Below are positions 11,701 through 23,185 of a DNA stretch of 64,000 nucleotides, piece after piece. The position numbers and the translations under genes are program-made. The stretch covers positions 1,284,754-1,348,753 of the forward strand of contig NW_018408820.1 in assembly GCF_002113885.1 (NCBI RefSeq), read 5' to 3'. This DNA comes from Mizuhopecten yessoensis (taxonomy: Eukaryota). The first letter of the stretch is position 1. Every line of letters begins with the position of its first letter. The notes under the pieces are model-generated. The model was not told where the DNA came from and made no database searches. It worked only from the letters and a program-made list of their open reading frames with translations.

Positions 11701-14700
11701 CTTTTTTGTGCTGGGTAAAAGTAGCGAATAGATGAGATTGAAGTAGATACAATCCTGTTTGTCCTCTGAACCTACTTGAGGACTTATATGGAGGTACTTT
11801 GTAGTTGTAATTCTATATATCATCTCTCCCTACCCCAGGGCTGACATTGGATGGCGTGGAACTACTACAGAATTATGTGGATAGGACCGGCGATATCCAG
11901 ACTGCCGCCCTCGCTGCCGTCTTCACATTTCCTTGTGAGATGTCACACAACGAAAAGGTCATCACCTGGATAGAAAGGTCAGATATGTATACTACTCCCC
12001 GTGGATAGAAAGGTCTAATATGTATACTACTCCCTGTGGATAGAAAGGTCAGATATGTATACTACTCCCTGTGGATAGAAAGGTCAGATATGTGTACTTC
12101 TCCCCGTGGATAGAAAGGTCAGATATGTATACTACTCCCCGTGGATAGAAAGGTCTAATATGTATACTACTCCCCGTGGATAGAAAGGTCTAATATGTAT
12201 ACTACTCCCTGTGGATAGAAAGGTCAGATATGTATACTACTCCCTGTGGATAGAAAGGTCAGATATGTGTACTTCTCCCCGTGGATAGAAAGGTCAGATA
12301 TGTATACTACTCCCCGTGGATAGAAAGGTCTAATATGTATACTACTCCCCGTGGATAGAAAGGTCTAATATGTATACTACTCCCTGTGGATAGAAAGGTC
12401 AGATATGTATACTACTCCCTGTGGATAGAAAGGTTAGATATGTATACTTCTCCCTGTGGATAGAAATGTAAGATATGTATACTGCTCTCTGTGGATAGAA
12501 AGGTCAAATATGTATACTTCTCCCTGTGGATAGAAAGGTCAGATATGTATACTACTCCCTGTGGATAGAAAGGTCAGATATGTATACTGCTTTCTGTTGA
12601 TAGAAAGGTCAGATATGTATACTACTCCCTGGGTGTGGATAGAAAGGTCAGATATGTGTACTGCTCCCCGTGGATAGAAAGGTCTAATATGTATACTACT
12701 CCCTGTGGATAGAAAGGTAAGATATGTATACTGCTCTCTGTGGATAGAAAGGTCAGATATGTATACAACTCCCTGTGGATAGAAAGGTCAGATATGTATA
12801 CTGCTCCCTGTGGATAGAAAGGTAAGATATGTATACTACTCCCTGTGGGTAGAAAGGTCAGATATGTATACTACTTCCTGTGGATAGAAAGGTCAGATAT
12901 GTGCACTGCTCTCTGTGGATAGAAAGGTCAGATATGTATGCTACTCCCTGTGGATAGAAAGGTAAGATATGTATACTACTCCCTGTGGGTAGAAAGGTCA
13001 GATATGTATACTACTTCCTGTGGATAGAAAGGTCAGATATGTGTACTGCTCTCTGTGGATAGAAAGGTCAGATATGTATGCTACTCCCTGTGGATAGAAA
13101 GGTAAGATATGTATACTACTCCCTGTGGGTAGAAAGGTCAGATATGTATACTACTTCCTGTGGATAGAAAGGTCAGATATGTATACTACTCCCTGTGGAT
13201 AGAAAGGTCAGATATGTGTACTGCTCTCTGTGGATAGAAAGGTCAGATATGTATACTGCTCCCTGTGGATGGAAAGGTCAGATATGTATACTACTTCCTG
13301 TGGATAGAAAGGTCAGATATGTGTACTGCTCCCTGTGGATAGAAAGGTCAGATATGTATACAACTCCCAAGGTCAGATATGTATACTTCTCCCTGTGGAT
13401 AGAAAGGTAAGATATGTATACTACTCCCTGTGGATAGAAAGGTCAGATATGTATATTACTCCCTGTGGATGGAAAGGTCAGATATTAAAGTATCAAGGCC
13501 TTTGGAATTCCCCATTAATTCCCCATTAGAATTAGAACTTGTTCATGTATGCATTTTTAGGTCACCTGAGACAAAGTCTCAAGTGACCTATTGCGATCGC
13601 CTTTTGACCGGCGGCGTCGTCTTTGTGCGTCCGTAAACAATTTACATTTTCGACTTCTTCTCCAAAATCCCTGAACCAATTTCAATGAAATTTTGCAGAA
13701 ACCTTCCATGGCCAAAGGTCAACTAAAATTGTGAATTATATGGTCCCCAGCCCCCAGGGGCCTGAGGGGCGGGGCCAAAAAGGGTAAAATTGACTAAAAT
13801 TTCAAAAATCTTCTTCTCAAGATCCAGATATGGTAGAATCAAATTGTGAATTTCTTGACCCTGGGGTCTCACGTTTCCCCCTGGGGAGGGGGTAAACTTT
13901 ACTATAGTTTATATAGGGAAATCACATTTTGGACCAACATTTGTTTAATTGCCATTGGAAGTAATTCAATTTGGGTAAGCATTATCAGTATTGGATAGCA
14001 GTTTGATGGTATGCACATATCAGCCCTGACTGACCCCCAGGGGCTGATGGGTGGGGCAAAAAAGGATTGAAATGACTGAAATTTCAAAATCTCTTGTATA
14101 ATTTAGCAGTAGGCAGTTCCTCTAATAATAAGGTCAAATAATAAGTGCTAAGTTAAAGATATCCTGATAAAACTTGCAGTACATCTGCATCACCCACAGA
14201 TGTACAGTGCACTTTTTAAACTGTTAAAGGAGAGACATAACTTTTTATTCACAAAAACACATCTTTAATGTCATGCATATATAACTATAATTTTGTTTTC
14301 TCAGAAATGCTTAAAATACTATTTCTTAATGTGTTCAATGGTTTGTGTATTGCAGCTATAGGGAACTTCTAGACCGGTGGAAACTCTGGCACCAAAGGTA
14401 AATAACATTGTTAAACTTATGGAGTCATCAATGTTAGTAATACCTGAAATCTACGAAGAAGATATTTAAAACCATGTTTACGAAATAGTAATAGCTGGGT
14501 CTACAACTAAAAAGAAACTTTATTCATTTACAACAATTCTAAAACAAATTACATAACTTATATTAATCACTCTTGTTGGACGGATGTTAGCTTGTAGGGG
14601 TGGGTCTTCATGTGGGAGGAAACTGGAGTATCAGGAGAAAACCCATGGTAATTGACCCCATACCTTTTCACATCTAATCGGGGAACCAAACCCTGGACGT

Positions 14701-17261
14701 TTTGGTGAAAAGTGAGTGTGTTATACACTGTGCCACCCAACCGACCTAACTATAAGTCGGCATTGTTCTTAGTTACTGGAAAGGGAAAGAACTAAGCTAT
14801 TAGTCTTTTTCATAACACCAGTCTGATAGCATTTAAATTCTGTAATACCATGCTTTAGATATCTCCTCTAATCAAGGTTTTACATGGGAACCACTAGTAC
14901 TACATGGGCAAAACAATTGTTTCTTTGGAAGTGTATACCCGAATGTTTAGATTTGTTTCGATAATGTATTTGACCGTTGTGCTTTTTTCTACGCTACAGA
15001 GCAGAATTTGACATCATACGTCACTCCAGTGATAGTCACAGCTCAATGCGACACAATCGGCCCCAGGCGTATGTTAGCTGTAACTTCTGTGGGAAGTCCA
15101 TAGCCTGTAACACGCAGGCTCCTTTCCGTCTCATGTCACGCTCCATGATGTCCATGTCTGCCAACAAACCAAAGGTATATAACACACCTGTATTGTCTAC
15201 TGTACAGACGGTTTCAAGATTTAAGCTATTTTTAAGTAGTTATGTGTATGTCTCAGAAGTCAAAATACCTATACCTGATACAAGTAACAAGTAACTGTCT
15301 TTTTAACAGATTTGTATGCATAACAATTTCCATTTTTTGAATATTNTAAAAAAAAATAAAAACTGGTTTGTCATCTGAATACAAGCTGTACACATTTTTG
15401 AAAAGGATATATTTTTCATATTTTTGCACATCATTTTTCACTCTCAGATAAGCTGTTGTCCAGGCTGTAGGAAGCCTCTCCCAAGGTGTGCAGTGTGTTT
15501 GACTAACTTAGGGACTCCCTCAGGATCCACACTGTGTCAACAGATAGAACATAAAGGTCAGTCACAGCTACAACATAAAAGTCGGTCTCACTACAACATA
15601 AAGGTCAGTCTCAGCTACAACATAAAGGTCAGTCTCGGCTACAACATAAAGGTCAGTCTCACCTACAACATCAAGGTCAGTCTCGACTACAACATAAATG
15701 TCAGTCTCAGCTACAATATAAAGGTCGATCTCACTACAACATAAAGGTCAGTCTCAGCTACAACATAAAGGTCAGTCTCGACTACAACATAAAGGTCAGT
15801 TTCGGCTACAACATTAAGGTCAGTCTCGGCTGCAACATTAAGGTCAGTCTCGACTACAGCATAAACGTCAGTCTCAGCTACAACATAAAGGTCAGTCTCA
15901 GCTACAACATAAAGGTCAGTCTCGACTACAACATAAAGGTCAGTCTCGGCTACAACATAAAGGTCAGTCTCGGCTACAACATAAAGGTCAGTCTCGACTA
16001 CAGCATAAAGGTCAGTCTCGACTACAACATAAAAGTCAGTCTCACCTACAACATAAAGGTCAGTCTCAACTACAACATAAAGGTCAGTCTCGACTACAAC
16101 ATAAAGGTCAGTCTCGACTACAGCATAAAGGTCAGTCTCGATTACAGCATAAAGGTCAGTCTCAGCTACAACATTACAGTCAGCCTGAGCATAAATTTCT
16201 GTCTTTCTGTCTGCAACTTAAAGTTCAGTCTGACATCATAGAGGTCGGTCTCATAGAACTTGAATTTCATGTTCTCAAAATATGACATAGCAAGTAAAAA
16301 AAAATGGAGAAAAGCAACTCCTGAATCAAGTATAACTGTAAAGATACTGGTCCTGATTAGTGTTGGTCTGCGAGGCAGGATGTCCTCAGAGCACAGCTAT
16401 TTGGTGACAGCTACATGGTGATGACAGAGTAGCATGCTAGGCCGGCCGTGGTCAGACCACAGCTATTTGGTGATTATATCAGTCCAAAACCAGTCCACAC
16501 CAGTATCAATGTAGTTATGGAAACCTGGATTCACAAGTTGCTTCTTTCTTTTATCTACTTGCTTTGCTTTACTTAACCCTTTCACCACTGTAGACCATAA
16601 TGGACTCGTCCATATCAATGCATGGACGAGTTTACTAAAGTTACATAGGGGTGAAAGGGTTAAATATGGCTAGACAATAAGAGTAGCCCAATAGTCTGAG
16701 ACTAGTGAAATCTCCAGCTAAAAATCACTAGCCCTATAAACAAGTCAACTTGATATCGCTCATCTTGTTGAATAATATTGGGTTAGTGGAATTTGTACAA
16801 GGACTAGTAAAAATTGGAAACTACTACCCCAATTGACTAATGGTATTTAAAATTAGTTTCTAGCCCTGCTTTAAGAGGGTTTCTGTATATCATCAGGTAT
16901 CCTCCTAAAACTTAGAAGATGCAGACTTTTTCTACACTTATTAGATGTTGGTTCTTCACTCCTGAAATATGGAAAATAACACATAGTACAATTTTGCATT
17001 TCTCATTACAACTTGTGTAATTTAACAGTTTTAAGTTGTTAAACATTTGTTTCAGACTTGGAGAACAAGTTGACCCCATTAGACGACTGGTTTACCTGGT
17101 GTCAAACTTGTCGCCATGGCGGCCATGCCTCACACATCACTTCTTGGTTCAAGGATCACCCACAATGCCCTGTAACAGGATGTGACTGTAAATGTGCAAC
17201 TTTAGATCCTATTGGACGACTGAAAGCTACTTCACCACTAGTGCCTGCTGGGAAGGCTTGA
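8729..17261 (+). CDS. MIOS: GATOR2 complex protein MIOS (Sea4), 3' nine coding exons; 5' exons lie upstream of the window
   Basis: Phase-consistent GT-AG exons 8729-8832, 9785-9954, 10959-11027, 11497-11569, 11839-11977, 14356-14397, 15000-15174, 15448-15556, 17056-17261. They encode [77 protein letters not shown] and [26 protein letters not shown] (C-terminal zinc ribbon/RING of MIOS). Confidence 0.96.
8795..9360 (+). repeat. 58-bp tandem array made of MIOS exon end + splice donor
   Basis: Unit CTCTATACAGATCCTGAGTAAGACTGCTACGAAACAAG|GTAAGGATGTGATAACACGT, ~9-10 copies. The first copy is the true exon end at 8832. Confidence 0.95.
11967..13484 (+). repeat. 35-bp tandem array made of MIOS exon end + splice donor
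   Basis: Unit TGGATAGAAAG|GTCAGATATGTATACTACTCCCTG, ~43 copies. The first copy is the exon end at 11977. Confidence 0.95.
13553..14095 (+). mobile_element. HINE/Helentron-type non-autonomous repeat
   Basis: TTTTTAGGTCACCTGAGAC..GTCTCAAGTGACCTA 5' hairpin, CGTC microsatellite, GACTTCTTCTC units with GC-rich internal hairpins. Confidence 0.55.
14528..14746 (-). mobile_element. tRNA-derived SINE with V-domain-like core
   Basis: Minus strand carries GGGTTTTCTCC..TACTCCAGTTTCCTCCCAC; same family as 59473-59590 and 61767-62000. Confidence 0.65.
15549..16185 (+). repeat. 24-bp tandem array made of MIOS exon end + splice donor
   Basis: Unit ACATAAAG|GTCAGTCTCAGCTACA, ~26 copies. The first copy is the exon end at 15556. 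Confidence 0.95.
16289..16563. mobile_element. MITE with long imperfect terminal inverted repeats
   Basis: AGCAAGTA..AAGCAACT..TGAATC..GATACTGG at the left end is mirrored by CCAGTATC..GATTCA..AGTTGCTT..TACTTGCT at the right end. Confidence 0.55.
16577..16659. mobile_element. 83-bp piggyBac-type micro-MITE (TTAA TSD)
   Basis: TTAA-CCCTTTCACC...GGTGAAAGGG-TTAA; other copies at 30776-30858 and, inverted, at 23517-23599. Confidence 0.8.
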
Positions 17262-18074
17262 CCTTACATTGCTCTAAGAATTGATATCCAGAGTATTCGA
17301 CAAGATGTGCAATACAAAGTTCCGTAAACTGTTCAATATGTCTGTTGATATCCTATATGTCTCTCTTCCGATTTAGGTCAGACGGCTATATATGGGTGTC
17401 ATGGCCCAATATGGAAATTGTAGTGAACATGGCGGCATCTTTAGTAATACTTTATTTGGCCATGCAGCCATATATAGAAAGGATAATTGAGATTACATCA
17501 CACGTGATCTGTCATGGCAGTCATTTCTAAAAAAAATCCAAGACGGACTTGACTAATTTTGTGAAAGAGTTTTTTTATTGGTAAGGATTAGTTTTACAAC
17601 AATTATGCAATTTTAAACCTGTGTCATTTCATTTTAGTAATTTCCATGTGCGAAGTGTCAATATTTCCTTTACCAATTGATTATTTGAAAATACATGTAC
17701 CCTGAAATGATTGTTCAATAGTTTTAGTTCCGTTATCAATAAGTTATGTACAACCAGCTGCGTTCTAATGAGTTCTGCAACGCGTATAACTTTGGGAGAG
17801 CTGAAACACATTTTTTTTCTTGCTGTTTTTTTTCCGCCTAATTAAGTGATTAAACAAAGCATACATACATGAGAATGTAAATCTGAATTGTCACATCAAT
17901 CTTATTCAAACATTTTAAAGGGAAATAACTCTAAACACAAATCGACATGGTAGCATATGTATTTTAATTGTAAATTGACCAAAGAAATTTGCTGTTATGT
18001 ATTATTTCTGACCATAGTCCTAGCAGATTACTTACTGGACCTGCTGACCATTTATCAACGTTTAGTTGACATCC

Positions 18075-19317
18075 TCAGTTGTTGTACCTTTATAACAGTT
18101 ATACCTAATAACAGCTGTTATATACCTTTATAACAGCTGTTATACATTTATAACAGTTGTTTTACCTTATAACAGTTGTTGTACCTTTATAACAGTTGTT
18201 ATTATATCTTTACAACAGCTGTTGTACCTTTATAACAGTTGTTATACCTTTATAACAGTTGTTATACCTTTATAACAGCTGTTATACCTTTATAACAGTT
18301 GTTATACCTTTATTACAGCTGTTATACCTTTATAACAGCTGTTGTACCTTTATTACAGTACAGTTGTTATACCTTTATAACAGTTGTTTTACCTTTATAA
18401 CAGCTGTTATACCTTTATAACAGCTGTTATACCTTTATTACAGTTGTTATACCTTTATAACAGCTGTTGTACCTTTGTTACAGTTGTTATACCTTTATAA
18501 CAGCTGTTATACCTTTATAACAGTTGTTATACCTTTATAACAGCTGTTATACCTTTATAACAGCTGTTATACCTTTATTACAGCTGTTATACCTTTATAA
18601 CAGCTGTTATACCTTTATTACAGTTGTTATACCTTTATAACAGCTGTTGTACCTTTGTTACAGTTGTTATACCTTTATAACAGCTGTTATACCTTTATAA
18701 CAGTTGTTATACCTTTATAACAGCTGTTATACCTTTATAACAGCTGTTATACCTTTATTACAGCTGTTATACCTTTATAACAGCTGTTATACCTTTATTA
18801 CAGTTGTTATACCTTTATAACAGCTGTTGTACCTTTGTTACAGTTGTTATACCTTTATAACAGCTGTTATACCTTTATAACAGTTGTTATACCTTTATAA
18901 CAGCTGTTATACCTTTATAACAGCTGTTATACCTTTATTACAGCTGATATACCTTTAGAACAGCTGTTATACATTTATAACAGTTGTTTTACCTTTATAA
19001 CAGCTGTTATACCTTTATTACAGCTGATATACCTTTAGAACAGCTGTTATACCTTTATAACAGCTGTTTTACCTTTATAACAGCTGGTATACCTTTATAA
19101 CAGTTGGTATACCTTTATAACAGTAGGTATACCTTTATAACAGTTGTTATACCTTTATAACAGTTGTTATACCTTTATAACAGTTGTTTTACCTCTATAA
19201 CAGTTGTTATACATTTATAACAGTTGTTGTACCCTTATAACAGTTATACATTTATAATAGCTGCTATACCTTTATAACAGTTGTTATATCTTTATAACAG
19301 TTGTTATACCTTTATAA
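18075..19317. repeat. 20-bp self-complementary minisatellite with a 180-bp higher-order repeat
   Basis: Unit CAGCTGTTATACCTTTATAA. Blocks 18421-18600, 18601-18780 and 18781-18940 are near-identical. Confidence 0.95.
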
Positions 19318-20745
19318 AATGCTCATTCCTATGGAAAATAATGCAACATTTCAACATGTTTTTGTTTTCAAATAATGGCATCATCAAATAGTTGAAGTTT
19401 CCTTTTCGGGCCTCATATTGAGTTTGCCAAATGTGACGTAATAAATGTTGTTACCTCGACCTCTTAGGTGCAGTCAGTAATGACTTACCGGTATGTAAAA
19501 AATATTCAGGATTTGTAAGAGCACCAACATGATATTTATGTAGCTAATAGATTTTAAAAGGTATTGCAGAGTATTTACGACAGGTTTTGTTTCGTGGGAC
19601 CCTTCACCAAATACTTTTTGGTTTAACAATACATATTTTACCCTCAACCTTCATCAATAATATCACATAATAACCACTTGTAAAAATATGTATCTTTATG
19701 CGTAATGATCAAATCATTTTTTGATTTTTTTCTTCTTATCTATACTGATTATAAATGACATTTGGGTTGTTGTTGATGGCACACAGTGGGTACCTCAACA
19801 GGGACATGCAACATGAATCACCTTCCCTGTTATATAACAGATAAGATTTTATCTGTAAAATTCAAATACGTTATACAATGCTACAATCCTGTTCTCCCTA
19901 TCTTTGTCAAACAAATAAGGGTGAATGAAGTTTTAATGTCCTGTATTAACAGCACAAAAATTGGTAAACCAAAATCAGAGACAGATGAGTTATGGTGTAC
20001 ATAACACACAGCCAGCTATTTGTCTGTGGCTGGAGTTTGTGTATGCCATCTTGGCCCTAATTTAGAGTTTAATATTCCATGTTTAAAAATTCCCAACCAA
20101 ATATAGTACAAAAAATAAAGGTAATGCTAATCTCACCCACCACACCCACCACACCAAAGTGTGTAATGTTATATCATATTCCATACAGTAACTTTGTACC
20201 CTTTTATAACATCATTGTAAGTTTAACGATAGTTTTGAACAACCGGGCCCAGATCATCCGATTAATAAGTCTGTCATCACAAGCAGCTTTTCATATGATT
20301 TAAGTCGTAAACTCACCTCATTCAAGAAATATTTTTTACAGCTATGCAAAAGTTACACTTTAAACCCGTGTCATTTCATTTTCTTAATTTCCATGTGCGA
20401 AGTGTTAATATTTCCTTTAACAATGGATTATTTGAAAATACATGGACTTTTAAATGATTGGTCAAAGTTTTTAGTTTTGTTATCACAAAGTTATGTACAA
20501 CCATCGTTCTAATGAGTCCTGCAACTCGTATTACTGTAGCAGTTAGGACAGGACACTTGTGTAGACCAGGTAGCTCAATGGGTTAGAGCGGAAATATTAC
20601 CATGTGAAGTGACTCTCGTTGATTCCTTTTGTTTATTTCATCTTCATTATTTCTCATAGAAGTCCCACAAGGTATGGTTTTCTTTAATTTTCAGAAATGA
20701 TTTATCAAAGCTATAGTCATGTCGAAAAACACAATCTCCATTACA

Positions 20746-21249
20746 TATGGTAAAACCCCGTTGTAATGCCACCCGTTAAACCTCCAAACCTGCATACCGC
20801 CATTAATTTACTCAGAACCGATTTCCCCAACGTTAATGCACCCAGTTGTAACGCCAAACTTGCATTCCGCCATCATATTTCCAACACAAATGGTTAAAAT
20901 CACACTAATTTGACCTCGTTAAATACCACCAATTTGAGTCAAGTACAGGTATATCCTGATGAAAGGAATGTTACGTACGTGTGTACATTGTATTGTTACA
21001 CGTGACTGTCGACTGACCAGGTAATCAGCTGTATGTTTTGCATGCTCAATAATTTACATTAAATTACATTTTTGGAAAAACAACGTATTCTGAAGTAAAT
21101 TATTATTTTTTTAAAGCTTAAGTTCAGTTGATGTGTGAACACTTGGGTTTAAAACTGTACACCTGATATACCGCCAAACTTGATATACTGCCAAAATCAC
21201 AGAGGACAGAAGGTGTCGGTATAACAAGGTATAACGAGGTTTTACTGTA
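20746..21249. mobile_element. Tc1/mariner-pogo-type MITE
   Basis: TA(TG)GTAAAACCCCGTTGTA ... TATAACGAGGTTTTACTGTA terminal inverted repeats flanked by TA. Confidence 0.6.
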
Positions 21250-22035
21250 GTTCGATTTTATGGGGTACTACGGTATACATGAAAGTCCACATAGCAAATG
21301 TAAAGTTATTTCATAATTCTCCACATGCATGTATCATGTTTACAGAATCATTTAAAGTAAAACCGTCTGATATTGACCACTCCCAAGGCAGGTTAAATTT
21401 GTTAAATATTGACTGATAAGTGTGAGATGGAAAGGAAGTTTCATATTACAAAAGCTTTTGTTTAAGTTATTTTAGCGACTTACAGGTCTGTATGTATGCA
21501 CAATGATATTTAATCACAATCATAATTGAAGTGCTTTATGTCCGAGGATTTTTAAGCAAATTCAAATCTACCTATTGCTATAAGTGTAATTGTGGGTAAA
21601 ATGTGTCCAAATGCTAGGTGTGTGTGTGGGTGTAACAGCTGTGATATTGATTAATTATTTGTTGCTGTGTGATCAAGGCCAAATGTATTTGCTGTGTAAT
21701 TTATGTGAATGTATAAACAGTGAATAATCTTTTGTGGTTGTTTTATTTTCTTGATACAATACATATACACCTATACCTTTCACATAAATACTCGCAGACA
21801 AAAATAAGGGTAAAAATAAATCAAATGTTTGTGAACTTCCAGCCAATATTTGCACAAGTTTTTAATAGATTTTTTAACAAATTACAAACATGGATGTATC
21901 ATGACGATGTATAACATATATAACTCTTGGACCTGTACCCCACATGTCAGGAATACAGCAAGGGATCAACGGTCAAATCTTATAGATTCCTATATCGGGG
22001 CTATACCTTTTACAGGTTAAACATTTTCTTTTGAA

Positions 22036-22248
22036 TACTGTATAACACGAAATATTCGTGGATACTTTCCTTCGTGGTTCGACGCCATTTAGATTGACGT
22101 TTCGTGGTACAAACTTTCGTGGATATCCTTTATTATCAAACAGTAGACACCTTATCATTCAAATTTGTTGTATTTATGTTCGTGGTTCCATAGCAACCAT
22201 GAAAACCACGACTGTTTATACACAACGAACATTTCATGTTATACAGTA
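22036..22248. mobile_element. TA-flanked MITE (TACTGTA...TACAGTA ends)
   Basis: TACTGTATAACACGAAATATTCGT ... ACGAACATTTCATGTTATACAGTA, with internal TTCGTGG motifs. Confidence 0.7.
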
Positions 22249-22763
22249 TGAAACATCATATAATAACATAGTATCATCAAATATTTAACTAGGACTTCTG
22301 GTTTTAAAATTTCTTTGAAGGAAAAGTGGACAGATGTCACACCACAGCATAATAAGTTCACAAGAAATTTAAGGAGTGTTCAAAATTGCTTCTTTGAAAG
22401 AGGTACACATGTGTATGTACTCAATGAAAAGTAAAAATAATATCCTGTTAAGAAATAAGTTTATTTACAAAGTAGACACCTTATCATTCAAATTTGTTCC
22501 ATAGCAACCAAGAAAACCACGAATGTTTATACACAACGAACATTTCATGTTATACAGTCTAGTATGAAACATCATATAATAAGACAGTATCATCATTATT
22601 TAACTAGGGACTTTGGTTCTAAAAGTGGACAGATGTCACACCACAGCATAATAAGTTCACAAGAACTTTAAGGGGTGTTCAAAATTGCTTCTTTGAAAGA
22701 GGTACATATGTGTACTCAATGAAAAGTAAAAATAATGTCCTGTTAAAAAATAAGTTTATTTAC
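22142..22763. repeat. ~300-330-bp tandem duplication downstream of RPA3
   Basis: AGTAGACACCTTATCATTCAAATTTGTT...AAATAAGTTTATTTACA occurs twice (22142-22469 and 22470-22763). Confidence 0.9.
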
Positions 22764-23185
22764 ACAATAGTTACAAATGTAATGAAAAAACACTGCTCTT
22801 AAACTGTACAAACACATCATATCAAATTGTATCTGTTCTCTTTTTCACTGTTCCAACGAACTCTTTGTCCAGCAAATCACAAAGTGTGTTGATATTCAGT
22901 CCATAATAATTACTAGCACATGTTATTTTTCAAGATTTGTTTTACACATCTAATTATTGTAACTGGTACAAACGAGTGTTTTTTTGTGAAGCCATTCACA
23001 GAAGGACAATCTCTGTAGTGATGTGTCGGGCAGTTGATCTGATCACCTCGATGAAACAGTATCTATGTGGGTCCACCGGTCATACTTATTCTTGTACACC
23101 TACGATGTAGTGATGTGGTAATGTGTCAGGCAGTTGATCTGATCACCTCCATGAAACAGTATCTATGTTAGTCCACCGGTCATAC

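Noticed and set aside
8795-16185. CRISPR-like repeat arrays
   Set aside because: Units are head-to-tail with no unique spacers, there are no cas genes, and the context is a spliced eukaryotic gene.
17612-20535. ~170-bp segment present at ~17612-17790 and ~20360-20535
   Set aside because: Most simply two copies of an ordinary dispersed repeat; no termini or function identifiable.
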